Shown: piece after piece, positions 16,446 to 31,025 of the stretch | Position numbering within the stretch: the first letter of the stretch is position 1 | Layout of the letters: every line of letters begins with the position of its first letter | Origin: the human T2T-CHM13v2.0 reference genome, Homo sapiens | NCBI RefSeq assembly: GCF_009914755.1 | Contig: NC_060935.1 | Reading direction: 5' to 3' (one strand) | Length of the DNA stretch: 64,000 bases | Notes under the pieces: model-generated | What the model saw: the letters and a program-made list of their open reading frames with translations, nothing else | The model's database searches: none | Told to the model about the DNA's origin: nothing | Position numbers and translations under genes: made by a program

Positions 16446-17049
16446 ATAAGTATATATATATATATCTCTAACAGGAAGAATCAAACTAGTTTAATAACTT
16501 GTTTTCTAAGTAGTTACCACAATTTAGTAAAACCAAGATATGCCAGAACCTATGCCAATACATTTTTCCTATAGTGTAATGTAATTGCTAATATGAGGTA
16601 TAATCTGTAAGCAATTAATACAAATATAAACAGGCATAAGCCACCATGAAATCACAGTCTGGTGAAAGCTTTTCAGCTAAACTAGTTGGAGAAGAGAGTT
16701 AAGGGAAATGAGAAAAGGCAGACAGGGCAGGCTTCCAGTGGGAACATCATTTACATGCCTTATCATCATCCTCTCATATGTAACAGTCCACTGGTGCAGG
16801 AAGGTAAATCCTGTCCAAGTATGCTAGCCTAGAATATACTTTATGTAGCATAGTAAGATTATTTAAGTATTACTAATGCTTCATTTGCACTTATATTTAG
16901 ATTATACATAATCCTATATGCATATTAAAAACTCATTTCCCAAAATGAGATAAAAACATTTCAGGTAAGATGGAACTATGTACTACAGAACTTACAATAT
17001 CTAAACTCAGAGGTAAAATCAAAGGAAAACATTACTACCTTTTTAGTAA

Positions 17050-17373
<324 letters not shown>

Positions 17374-17504
17374 CTCACTCATTTTTTAATAGATGGGTTT
17401 GTCTGATGAGGATTATAATCCAATATTTGGTTAGCAGCAATTTTACCAAACTGTAAGTTCTTTTATTAACAGACATTATAAACAGATAATACTAATCTTA
17501 TTTA

Positions 17505-17794
17505 CTTATTTATTTTTGAGATGGAGTCTCACTCTGTCACCCAGGCTGGAGTGCAGTGGCACGATCTCGGCTCACTGCAACCTCCACCTCCCAGGTTCAA
17601 TCAATTCTCTGCCTCAGCCTCCCAAGTAGCTGGGATTACAGGCACCCGCCACCACACCCAGCTAATTTTTTTTGTATTTTTAGTAGAGACGGGGTTTCAC
17701 CGTCTTGGCCAGGCTGGTCTTCAACTCCCGACCTCGTGATCCACCTCAGCCTCCCAAAGTGCTGAGATTACAGGTGTGAGCCACCGCGCCCAGC
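17505..17794 (-). mobile_element. AluS inserted in the MOB4 retrocopy 3'UTR
   Basis: 17-bp TSD AATACTAATCTTATTTA at 17488-17504 and 17795-17811. Confidence 0.93.
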
Positions 17795-18016
17795 AATACT
17801 AATCTTATTTAAAAATAATGAGTGCCACACTGGTGAATATACAGCTTATGAATAACTTTAAAAAATTTTCCCATTATAAAAGGCAAACACAGCAGACAAC
17901 TATACTAAACGAAGAAGCTAGAATACAGATACATGATTGATGGGTCTAAAATGATACATACCGTACATAATTAATGTTAATCATGTGATCGTTATATTTT
18001 TCTTTGTGATTCCCCT

Positions 18017-19010
<994 letters not shown>

Positions 19011-19118
19011 TCATCTGAAGATTAACAACTTAATTAAGAACACTTTTTAGCCATTTGTCTAGCCTTTCATGATCCATAAAATTATTAAAATGAAATTTCT
19101 TTTTAAAGCATTTTATTA

Positions 19119-19450
<332 letters not shown>

Positions 19451-19519
19451 TTATTATTCAAATGTTTTACTAAGCATTTAATAAGCATCCCACGCTATAA
19501 GCATTCACCCAATGAGTAA

Positions 19520-19906
<387 letters not shown>

Positions 19907-20040
19907 AAACAATATATTTTTTAGTTGTGCAGGGCCCTGAGATGACTTCACATTATTATTCAAATGAATGTGACGAACTTTACATTTTTTTTCCCTTTTT
20001 TCCCTTCATTGTGTCAGTCACCAAATCAGTTCCTAAAGGG

Positions 20041-20370
20041 TTTTTTTTTTTTGTTTTTGTTTTTGTTTTTGTTTTTGATAGACTCTCACTCTGTCGCCCG
20101 GGCTGGAGTGCAGTGGCGCGATCTCGGCTCACTGCAAGCTCCGCCTCTGGGTTCAAGCCATTCTCCTGCTTCAGCCTCCCGAATAGCTGGGACTACAGGC
20201 GCCCACCACCATGCCTGGCTAATTTTTTTTTTTTTTTTTTTTTTGTATTATTTGTAGAGACGGAGTTTCACCGCGTTAACCAGGATGGTCTCGATCTCCT
20301 GACCTCGTGATCCACCCGCCTCTACCTCCCAAAGTGCTAGGATCACAGGCGTGAGCCACCGTGCCCGGCC
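20041..20370 (-). mobile_element. AluY/Sc-like
   Basis: Antisense Alu with expanded T linker; TSD ctaaagg. Confidence 0.9.
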
Positions 20371-20454
20371 CTCTAAAGGATTTTTTAAAATAAACTTTTC
20401 CCCAATGACGATCACCTGGTCTCATTTAGTCTTTTCTGATGTTCTCAGTTTCTG

Positions 20455-20758
20455 GTTTTTGTTTTTTGTTTTTTTTAGACGGAGTTTTGCTCTTGTGCCC
20501 AGGCAGGAGTGCAGTAGTGCTATCTCGACTCACTGCAAGCTCCGCCTCCTGGGTTCAAGCAATTCTCCTGCCTCAGCCTCCCAAGTAGTTGGGATTATAG
20601 GCGCGGGCCACCACGCCCGGCTAATTTTTTGTATGTTTAGTAGGGATGGGGTTTCACTATCTTGGCCAGGCTGGTCTCGAACTCCTGACCTGAAGTTACC
20701 CACCTTTCCTGGCTTCCCAAAGTGCTGGGATTACAGGCATGAGCCACCGCGCCCGGCC
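20455..20758 (-). mobile_element. AluS
   Basis: Full-length antisense Alu. Confidence 0.9.
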
Positions 20759-21573
20759 AGTTTGTGTTTTGATGAATGCAGGGCACTGGCACATTCTTAT
20801 ATGAATTCTTTAAAAAGAGATTTTGTATATTCATGCTTGATATTTTGCTTTCAAGCATGAGAGATCTACCTCCTATCTTTTTACCCTTTTTCTCTCGCCC
20901 TTTAGACAAATGAAATTTACCTGTTGTGGCACTAACATAAAATATTGTATAATGTGAATAGTAAGTAGTATTAGCTTAATGTATAAAATAACATTAGTAA
21001 AATGAATAACAGCTTTTATTAGTATTTTCTGTCATTGAATATTATGTTTTACACTGTGTCAGGTATGTGACAATTTGATTTAGCAAGGTATTTTGTGTAT
21101 TACTGTTTCATTTAAGCTTTGTAATGTAGAATAAGCAATTTAGAAATTGAATTATTTCTGAAATAGTAGTAAGGAAATTTTACATTTGTGTTTATACCCT
21201 GTCGGTAATGAAGATAGAAGTCTAAATAGTAAACTTGTTTACATGCCCATCTCTATTAGAAAAAACTAAGAGTCTGAGCATTACATATTTATACAATTAT
21301 GGGTCTCAGCGTCTCTCTCAAGTAATGATATGTGCTGAATCTTTCTACAGAAAACTAAAAAATAGAACCAGCTTATTAAGCAGTAAAGAGTATAATGCTT
21401 AAAATTTACAATTGTGCAGTAATGTATTAATAAAATTGATTTTAATTGACATTACTTTTGGTAACTCTTAAAGATAATAATACATTTTGAGGTTTATTCA
21501 TGAACATTACTGATATTCCTTCCTCCAGCTACATGATAATGTTTACTCTCACTCCTGTTATAGGTGAGACCTA

Positions 21574-21894
<321 letters not shown>

Positions 21895-22067
21895 TCAGTT
21901 CACTTTTTTTTTTTTTTGGTTAATAATGCTGCTAAAAGTTTTGATATAACATTAAAGCATTTTCCCAGAATCTGAATAATAGGTGGTCTTGAAATTTTTC
22001 CTCTTCTCTCTTTTCTTTATACTCTTAAATATTTTTGAGCGCACCAAAGAGCTTTTTTGTGGGAGAT

Positions 22068-22077
22068 TATCTATCTA

Positions 22078-22126
<49 letters not shown>

Positions 22127-22141
22127 CCTATCTACCTACCA
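22068..22141. repeat. (TATC)n/(TACC)n tetranucleotide microsatellite
   Basis: 11 perfect TATC units at 22081-22124, with variant flanks. Confidence 0.95.
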
Positions 22142-22605
22142 TCTAATTTCCTATTCAAAATTAAAATAGACTTTAAACATTAAAATATATAAGTACTCAA
22201 TCCATTGCCTTCAGAGCAAAGATATCACAACACATTATGCATCCTTTGGAAAATTCAGCTGTGTACTCATGAGACAATGAGAGCGAAAAGGCAAATAACC
22301 TCTTCTTTTATTATGAAATGGTTGTTTTTTGGTTTTGTTTTTATCTCTCAGACCTTCTGGAAAGGTCCTGGGAACCTCCTGGGAGGCTTCAGTTCATACT
22401 TTGAGAAATGCTGTCATAAATAATTGAAAGATGATCACATCTTTTTTTTTTCTCTCTTTCATTGTCATAGATGATCACATCTTTAATTGTAATGTATATG
22501 CATACATTCAGCTTTGCAAAGCTCCTCCTAATAATGTAGTTTACAAAATCTGAACCAATAGGAAAGGGTGTATCAACAGAGTAATCCTTTTTTTTTTTCC
22601 TACAG

Positions 22606-22739
22606 TTATGGAAATTCTTGAAGCCCAATACTCCACTGGAATCTCGGATTTCTAAGCAGTGGTGTGAAATTGGTTTCCAAGGTGATGATCCTAAAACAGA
22701 CTTTCGAGGAATGGGACTTCTGGGACTGTACAATTTGCA
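22606..22739 (+). CDS. ELMOD1: ELMOD1 coding exon (about exon 7) with the GAP motif WCEIGFQGDDPKTDFRGMGLLGLYNL
   Basis: T-tract cctacag|TTA ... TTGCA|gtaagt; 134 nt. Contains the ELMO-domain GAP signature Wx3GFQx3PxTDFRGxG; catalytic Arg174 codon at 22705-22707. Confidence 0.97.
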
Positions 22740-22959
22740 GTAAGTAAAATGAAGGACAGCTAAGTGTTCGAGTGATGTTTTGGTCTCCTCATACTGAAAT
22801 GGCAAAAGTTGAGTAATTAGCTTCAAAAGGTACTTCCCATAAGACTCAAAGAAAACATTCAAGTCCCCTGAGAGGTCAGGTTCATAAAATGTTAAAAGTG
22901 TCTGCTACCTTCCTTGTATTTCAGCAAACTTCAGGGATTTTTAAAGCAAATCTCAAATA

Positions 22960-24760
22960 TATTTAAAAAATTGTTTTATTATTGAAAATTTTCACACATA
23001 TGTAAAAACAGAGAAGATTGTAAAGAACACCCTTGTATTGATCATCCAGATTCAGTAATTGTTGAGGTTTTGAAATATTCACAACATTATTTTTTTGGCA
23101 GAAGGGTGTTAATGAAAAATTCTACACCATCATTTCACCCTTCATATTTTAATATGTAGTTCTAAAAAAATATAAATATTACCTCACATTCACCACAATG
23201 CCATTATCACAGCAAACACAATTAACAATGATTCCTTGGTGTCATCTTTATCCAGTCCATATTCAAATTTCCCAGTTCTCTCTAAAATACTTTTTACGGC
23301 TGGTTTGTCCTAGTGCACTTCCATGTAAGATCTACACATTGCACTTAGTTACATTGCCCTTTGGTCTTCTTAAATTAGATCAGTCTCTCTTGCTCTCTCC
23401 CTTCCTTTTGCCCCCTCCTCCATGTCATTACCTTCAAGATTTCAGAACAGTTGTCCTGTAATATGTCCCATGGTCTGGATTTGTCTGTTTGCACTTGTAT
23501 CCGTCCCCTGTATTTCCTGAAAATTGGAGGTATGCAGGCAGGCCTGAAGAGATTCAGATTGACATCACAGCGGGAGGCCTTCAGTGTCCCTCCACTCTCA
23601 GCCCTGTGCTGCAACGAATCAGAGGGATCCCAGCCTGATGCCTCCAGTGTAAAGTCCACCATCAGCCTTTCTTCCTTCTATGATCTTTACTGAACCAATT
23701 AATTAATTGTATAAAGAGTACTTTTCTATTTCTGTTATTTTTCCTATAATTGTTAGCTGGAATTTTTAAAGACTTGGTTTCCTTGTAGAGTACAGTTATT
23801 TGGTTTCTCTGAAATATAGGCAGGACAGATATTCAATTTTTGTATTTGCTTGCCAATTCTCAGAGTCAGGAGTTAGTAGCCTGGTTCCCTTGTTAGTGTC
23901 AATTTTTTTTTTTTTGCTCTATTTTTAAAACACCACTTGTTAACTCCTGTGTTTTTATATGTTTATTGTAACTCAGCTAATTGTACTTGTTATTTTTTTC
24001 ATGCTTTAATTCAGTCATGTGTAGTCATTATTTTTTGAGTCAAAGGGTCCTTTCAAGTTGGTTCTTGTGTCCTTTGACACTACCCTATTAGGGCAGTGAT
24101 ATTATTTTTAAAAGAAGTTAATTAAGCCTTACTCAGTCATTTTGGTGGCATCCCAATTTTCCCATAGATCTTTCCCTTTATTTTAAATTTAAGAAGTTTA
24201 ATAATCACCCATTCTTTTATGAAACATTTTAATGTAATATTAATGAATGGAAAGTAAATATTAATGAGAAAGACAATGTCACAGATAAGTGGATAAAGTC
24301 TGAGCTTTCAAATAACTGGGACAATTGGCCTTCCATTGAGAAAAATAAATTAAATCATTACCTCACCTCAGTTCACAAGTTGAAAGTCCAAAACAAGTCT
24401 TTCCTACATTTAGAAGAAAATCAAGATATCTGAGTAAGGAGAGATCTCTTAAAGACACGAGCAAAAAAAGCATCAACTGGAAAAGAAGAATCAATAAATT
24501 TCACACATTAAAATTGAAAACTTCAGTAAGATAAGCCCCATAAACAAAGTAAAACGAGATAAGACTGACACATAAATGATAAAGGATCTATGTTCAGTAT
24601 ATTATTCTCTATAAGGTTATTTGTCTTTTTTATTTGAGGACATTTTTAGACGCACTGAGCCAAAAAATATGAACAGACGAGACATAAAAGAGGAAACCCA
24701 GATAACTGACAAAAGTATGAAAAGAAACTCAGTCTCACTAACAACTGTGAATATGTGCAT
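22960..24760. mobile_element. Degenerate old L1 (L1M) fragments
   Basis: L1M-like 3'UTR and ORF2-end motifs (e.g. cagtccatattcaaattt, aaattgaaaacttc); boundaries approximate. Confidence 0.45.
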
Positions 24761-25473
24761 TACAATTGCTGACTTGGGTTTGAAATTTCCTGAGAGGAAA
24801 TTCAAGAACTTCTTTTACCCTTTGGATTGATGCGGGAAATATACACACATCACATTAAATAATATATGCTATTGTTTTATCATTGTCTCTATGAAGTACT
24901 TTTTAATGAATCATGTTTGAGGGTGTGCAACTTTTTGTGTTTATTAGGAAACTTAACTACTTTTTCCCCTTAGAATAAAATGTTATTGTTTTTAACATAT
25001 CTATGCTCAGTAAGATATTTTCCATTCATCCAGAATTCAAATTCCCAATGAATATTTGAAACATATCCTCTCTCATCTCCTCCAGTCTTTTCTTTCTTTC
25101 ATCATGTCCCTCACCGAGGCTTCTGCCTTCTGAAGGCCTCCAAACACCAAACTATTCGACCTCCTCTTCTATAACCCCTCTTCATAATAAAATCCTTGGT
25201 TCTCTGGGTAATGGCAAAGCTCTTAATTAAATTTTCAAAATCTACTGGATACATTCCTAAATCTATGTGTGTTTCACAGCTACCCTACCATGTCATTACA
25301 TTTGGAAAATTCTGTTGTGAAAAGCTGTTTGTTCCCTGGAGGAGCTGAAACAAGTGATAACCTTATGCCAGTATCCATCTCTGGATTCAAAATGACCTCG
25401 AATTGGATTAAAATGAATATATTCAGCGAGTAAGCAAGTATAGAGTTACGGTTTTCTTTCCCTCCCGCTGCAG

Positions 25474-25542
25474 GTATTTCGCGGAAAGGGATGCCACAGC
25501 AGCTCAGCAGGTCCTGTCTGACTCTCTTCATCCGAAATGCAG
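25474..25542 (+). CDS. ELMOD1: ELMOD1 coding exon (about exon 8), YFAERDATAAQQVLSDSLHPKC(R)
   Basis: ccgctgcag|G ... TGCAG|gtaatt; 69 nt, phase 2-2. Confidence 0.95.
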
Positions 25543-26023
25543 GTAATTGTTGAAAGTAAAAGATGAATTAGGTTTTATGGGTTAGATCAAATGAACTTCA
25601 TCTCCTACATGTATCTGTTGATGAGATTCTCAGGAGAGTGAGGCTCAAAGCTTTTTCAAACAAGCCCTTGTAATAAATGCTGAGTTGGAGGGTTAAAACT
25701 TCAGGTACTCATTCCAAGATTTAGGATGTAAAGTGGCACCGTTCAGGTGAGATATGTATTTAAAGGGACTGATAGAGTCACCAGTGTCCAGGAAGACTGA
25801 GGAGGTGGGCATGGAAGAAGGGCAGGGTCTGGGGGAAAGAGTCCAGAGACAAGAAAGATGATGGGGGAACAGAAGGAAGAATGGAAGTTAAGAAGTCAGG
25901 GACCAAGTGAGAACATCTGGAATTACTAAGGCTTTTTTTTTCTTTCTTTCTTGTAAAATTCTAGATTCTAAATTGTTTGCATTTTCATTTACTTTTCTAA
26001 TTTTTTTCTTTGATTACATGAAG

Positions 26024-26047
26024 GGATATCACTAAAGAAGAAATAAG
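26024..26047 (+). CDS. ELMOD1: ELMOD1 24-nt microexon (about exon 9), (R)DITKEEI(S), probably alternatively spliced
   Basis: Long U-rich tract, catgaag|G GAT ATC ACT AAA GAA GAA ATA AG|gtattt; phase 2-2. Needed to reach the recalled 334-aa sequence; skipping gives 326 aa. Confidence 0.9.
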
Positions 26048-28414
26048 GTATTTTTTCTTTGTTTTTGTGTTTTATTGCTTTTATTTTGTCTTAGAATAAG
26101 TATGGGTAAGAATTTTTTTAAGGAACTCTGAATTTATTTGTTTCAAAAAGCCAACATTTTCAAACCTTTAATCTAATATAGTTAATTATAGCTGGGCTAT
26201 GTTTTAACAAACTGAAAACCAGATGAGATTGACCACTTGAAAAATGTCAAACAGTCTTTCTACAGCCATGACGGAACCTGGTTGGAGAAACATTTTGAAC
26301 ACTCACCTAAAGGCTGAACACCTCACCACACCTGTTCTGACTCCATTTACCCCAGAGAGGGGCATTTTATTTGGGAATTCTGTTGCACAGAACAACTTTG
26401 CTCCTCTATTAATATATCTAATTTGATTGTTATAAATGATAGTTTTGTGTGTGTGTGTTAGTCACTCTTCTTAGAAGGAGTTCCATTATTTTGCAATCAT
26501 AGTTTTATATCACTTTTTTCTCCTCGCATGATGGTAGGTTAGTTGTTAGTACTCATGTTTGCTAAGTAAATCCAAAATTTTATCAAAACCATCTCAAGAT
26601 TCAGGGATAGGTTGAGTTGGGCTTTTTTTCCCCCTCCACCTTACTATTTTACTCATTCTAGCTTCATTTGGCTAAGATTCATTAAGTCATATTACACTTC
26701 CCAAATTTACATTTGTAATATTTTATACGATTAAAAATTCATTCCTTTAAGAAAAACACTACAATCATTTAGCTCTTTCTTGTTATATGGTTAAAATCAA
26801 GCGATATTAATTTTGTAACTACATCTTCTGAATTGCATATTTCTGTAATGTAGAGACTCTAAACTCCCTCTAGTTAAAATTGGCTGGGGAGTCAATCCAT
26901 GCTCTCAGGTGGCATATCCTAGAGGAACATCAGTCAGAAGACACGAGTCCTCCGCAGTCCTTGGAAAGTGACAATAAGCTCGCAATATTTCTGATTAACC
27001 ACTGGAGGGGGACTGACTTTGTCTATGAGTCATTCTTAAAGAAAAGCTTCATAGTTGTATCTCCTGTGTCAGCCATCCAAGAGAAAGTATTTTGAGGTTT
27101 GGGGTGACTACTCTTACTTAAAAAGAGACTAGCATTTGTGTGTGCATGCATATATGTGTAGTCATGTATATAAAATTACCACGCTTTATCCCTCAAACTA
27201 CAATAAAATTGAATCAATAAAGTTCATGTATTAATTACTTCAAACTGATGGTAAATGTCATTGGATACAGAACAGAATGTTTCAAAATGCTACTGTCCTT
27301 CACTGATGTCTGATAAAAGTATATATGGATTGATTATGATATCAACGTAGGTTCTGTCAAGCCCTGAATATTTCAGGTGTTCAAGAGAGAAAAGTCAGTG
27401 TGTACTAAGGAAAGCTCTTTCCTGTCTATCCTTCAGCAAGCATGACACATTACTGCTCTTGTAAACATCCATTGGTTGAGTATTAAAGTAACTTGAGGGA
27501 TAAAAGTGGATTCAAGTTAAAGAAGAAAATTTTGACTATTAGTTTGTGTGTGTGTTTGTTTTCTCCCGACAAGGGGAATGCCATCTGTTTGGGCCAGGAT
27601 ATCCTATAAGTATCAAATAAGTAGAGATCATTTGGCCTTTTCTTATATTTCCAATGCAGATAGAGAAATGATTTAATAAATATGGAGACACTGTGTATTT
27701 ATAAAGCTATGCTGAAGAGAAAATAGGTGCTTATAAATTCTTATATATAAAATTTCTTAAATTGCACACATACCTTATTTTAGTTTGGATATGAATCTTT
27801 AAGGTAAAAAAATCTCCTGATCTCCTGATTCCTCTTCAGCTGTTTGGTTTGTTAGCCAGAAGTTACACTTTAAAAATAGGTGGCACGTTTTAATATGAAT
27901 TAAAAACAGTTATTTTGAATTATAGCCATTTATAGAATAGAAAGTACACATTGTTAAATATCAATTCTGTGTAATGTTTTTGTGGTTGTGTGTTGTGTGT
28001 ATTATATGCATGTCTTGTAATAAAATCTTTGCTGTGTGTTCTGGAGAACTCTCCTTTCTTCTAGTTAGATAGAGAGAAATTAAATATTCATAATAACTAG
28101 TTTTTACATTGTATTGAGTTCAAATGCAAACTACAGTTTATACAATTTATACAAATTTTATATATAGGAATTTATAAGTGCCCATTTTCTCTTCAGCAAA
28201 GCTTTATAAATGAATGGTGCCTCCTTATTTGTTAAATTACATCTCTATCTGCATTGGAAGTATAAGAAAAGGCCATATGACCTTAGTGTAAAATACTGAA
28301 TAAAGGTTACATCAGTCACAGGGAAGAATGGAACATGAGTCCTGCCTCCTTCTATTGGCTGTATGGCAGGGAATGGGAGTGGGGCAGATGCACACAGAGT
28401 AATAGAATGTAGGG

Positions 28415-28497
28415 CACAGTGAGCTGAGATTGCACCACCACACTCCAGCCTGAATGACAGAGCGAGGCCAAGAAAGAGAGAGAGAGAGAGAGAGAAA
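28415..28497 (+). mobile_element. Alu 3' fragment with (AG)n tail
   Basis: cagtgagctgagattgcaccaccacactccagcctg followed by GA repeat. Confidence 0.75.
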
Positions 28498-28666
28498 GCA
28501 TTTTCAGAATGCTTCTATGATAGAAATCTTTTTTCAAACAGTCTTATTCAGAAGCTGAAATTACAAAACAAAGATGAAAATGGAGCTGCTGTGGCTTACT
28601 GACTTAGCTTAGCCCAAAGAAATACCATAGCACTTATTGGGACAGAGTTTTTAAAACCTGTAAATG

Positions 28667-28815
28667 CTCCCTCCCTCCCTCCCTTCCTCTCTTCCTCCCT
28701 AGCTTCCTTTTTTTCTTCCTTCCTTGCTTCCCCCCCTCCCCGCCTCTCCTCCCTCTCCTCCTTTCCTTACCTTCCTTACTTCCCTCCCTCCTTCCTTTCT
28801 TCTTTTCTTTCTTTT
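28667..28815. repeat. CT-rich low-complexity tract
   Basis: Degenerate (CCTT/CCCT)n. Confidence 0.9.
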
Positions 28816-29306
28816 ACTAACTCAATCATTTACTTATCGATGAACATTTATTTGGCATCTACAATGTACCAGGCATCACAAATAATATAATAATATTATT
28901 TATTATATTATTATAGTATGGTGAATAGGATAAACACCACTAGGTAAAACCAAACAAAATGCAGTAGGGAATCAGGAGAGAGTGAGGCGACATCTAGTTA
29001 CCTCACTAAATGTTTCAGGAAGGAGGGGTTTGATCATTAATGATAGTGCAAAAGAATAGCTTAATGTTTGGCCTTTAGGGCTGTCTCCCATGGCTATACT
29101 AAAGTGGATAGGAGGTAAATAGCATGGCCTTAAATAATTCCATTTCTGACCTCCATATAAATTGTACTGTGGCTTAACATTTGTTGGATAATTGAGCTAC
29201 AGACATCTCTGCATATAGTTAACAGTTTTAACATAAGCATTAAAAGAGAACAAGTACCAATTAGAGGTTAAATCTGACTTACTTACTTATTCATTCATCC
29301 ATTCAG

Positions 29307-29357
29307 CAAATTCAGCAAAGCAGAATGGGAGAAGAAAAGGATGGATAAGGCAATTGG
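29307..29357 (+). CDS. ELMOD1: ELMOD1 coding exon (about exon 10), KFSKAEWEKKRMDKAI(G)
   Basis: ccattcag|C ... ATTGG|gtgagt; 51 nt, phase 2-2. Confidence 0.94.
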
Positions 29358-29622
29358 GTGAGTATGGGATCTCACATGGAAAGATGGTCCGTCTGAAACA
29401 GAACCAGAACTAGAACTAGAGTATCATGAAAGACAAGGGTGAAACTCTACTTGTCCTAATAGAAATATACAATCTGGTTAAAATGTTTAAAGTACCCTTC
29501 TATATGTTTGTGGATTTATCTGTATGGTTATATGATATTACTTTGCCTATGAACAACTGACAAGGTAGAAAGTTGTAATTATAAGGAAATGATTTTCAGA
29601 AATCACTTAGAATTGTGTTTGG

Positions 29623-29989
<367 letters not shown>

Positions 29990-30705
29990 TTAGTTTTTTT
30001 ATAATGCCCCATATTATCCAAAAATATTTCTGAATAGAGAATTTTTTTTCTGTGCTGGATTTATATTAGCAGAGAGGATTTAAGAACTCAGGTTCCGTTA
30101 ATTTTTGGTAAACATGTAAATAAGGAACTAGAAAATATACACTGTGTTAAGATCCTTATTTACATTTTTCTCATCATAAAAGTAATTACAATTTATTATA
30201 GAAAAGTAAACAAAAAATCACCCAATCTTATTACTCTAGCATGCTCATGTTAATATTTTGTGGCATCTTATTTTAGTTTCTTTCCTTGCACATCTGTGTG
30301 TATATAATAAAATGGCTTGCTCTATCCATAATGTTTTATATCCTGCTGAAATCGTCTTTAAGAAGATAGTTTTAATCAGGTGTAGTATATTATATGAGAT
30401 GACCATAATTTATTTTGCTGTCTGTCTTCTTTAGGATATTTGAATAGTTTCCATGTCATTGCCATTATTAAAAATGCTATAATGAATTATATCTATAAAG
30501 CTTTGTCCACTTCGGATTTTTTTTCTGTCATATATTTGGAAATAGAAAGGTCAAAGTATATGAACTACCAATTCTCGTGATACTCATTACTGAAATTTTC
30601 TGCTAAATTACAAAAGTCAAGGTTTTGATAGGGTGGGGACGGAAGGGTGACCTGCCACTCTGATAATTTAATAGTAAGTTAAATATCAGATTACCCATTA
30701 TTGAA

Positions 30706-30710
<5 letters not shown>

Positions 30711-30738
<28 letters not shown>

Positions 30739-31025
30739 GTAAAGTGAAAGCACGTTTACTAAGAAAGCAAAAGAATAAAACAAAAGAATGGCTACTCCGT
30801 GGGTAGAGCAGCCCCAAGGGCTGCTGGTTGGCTATTTTTATGGTTATTTCTTGATTATTTGCTGAACAAGGGGTAGAATATTCATGAGTTTTCTGGGAAA
30901 GGGGTGGGCAATTCCCAGAACTGAGGGTTCTTCCCCTTTTAGACCATAAAGTGACTTCCTGACATTACCATGGCATTTGTACACTGTCGTGGCACTGGTA
31001 GGAGTGTCTTTTAGCATGCTAATGG
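30711..31025 (-). mobile_element. ERV1 LTR fragment (MER51-like) ending in a poly(A) tail
   Basis: Matches the recalled MER51 LTR reverse complement (aaagtgaaagca.gtttatt..gaatggctactcc..gcagcccc.agggctgctggttg); preceded by T28 at 30711-30738. Confidence 0.75.

Noticed and set aside
20351-20860. Longest ORF in the track (169 aa) and the many similar [12 protein letters not shown] / LECSG ORFs
   Set aside because: Read-throughs of antisense Alu elements, a standard artefact.
22389-22862. 157-aa minus-strand ORF
   Set aside because: Antisense shadow of the ELMOD1 catalytic exon plus intron; no independent homology recognised.
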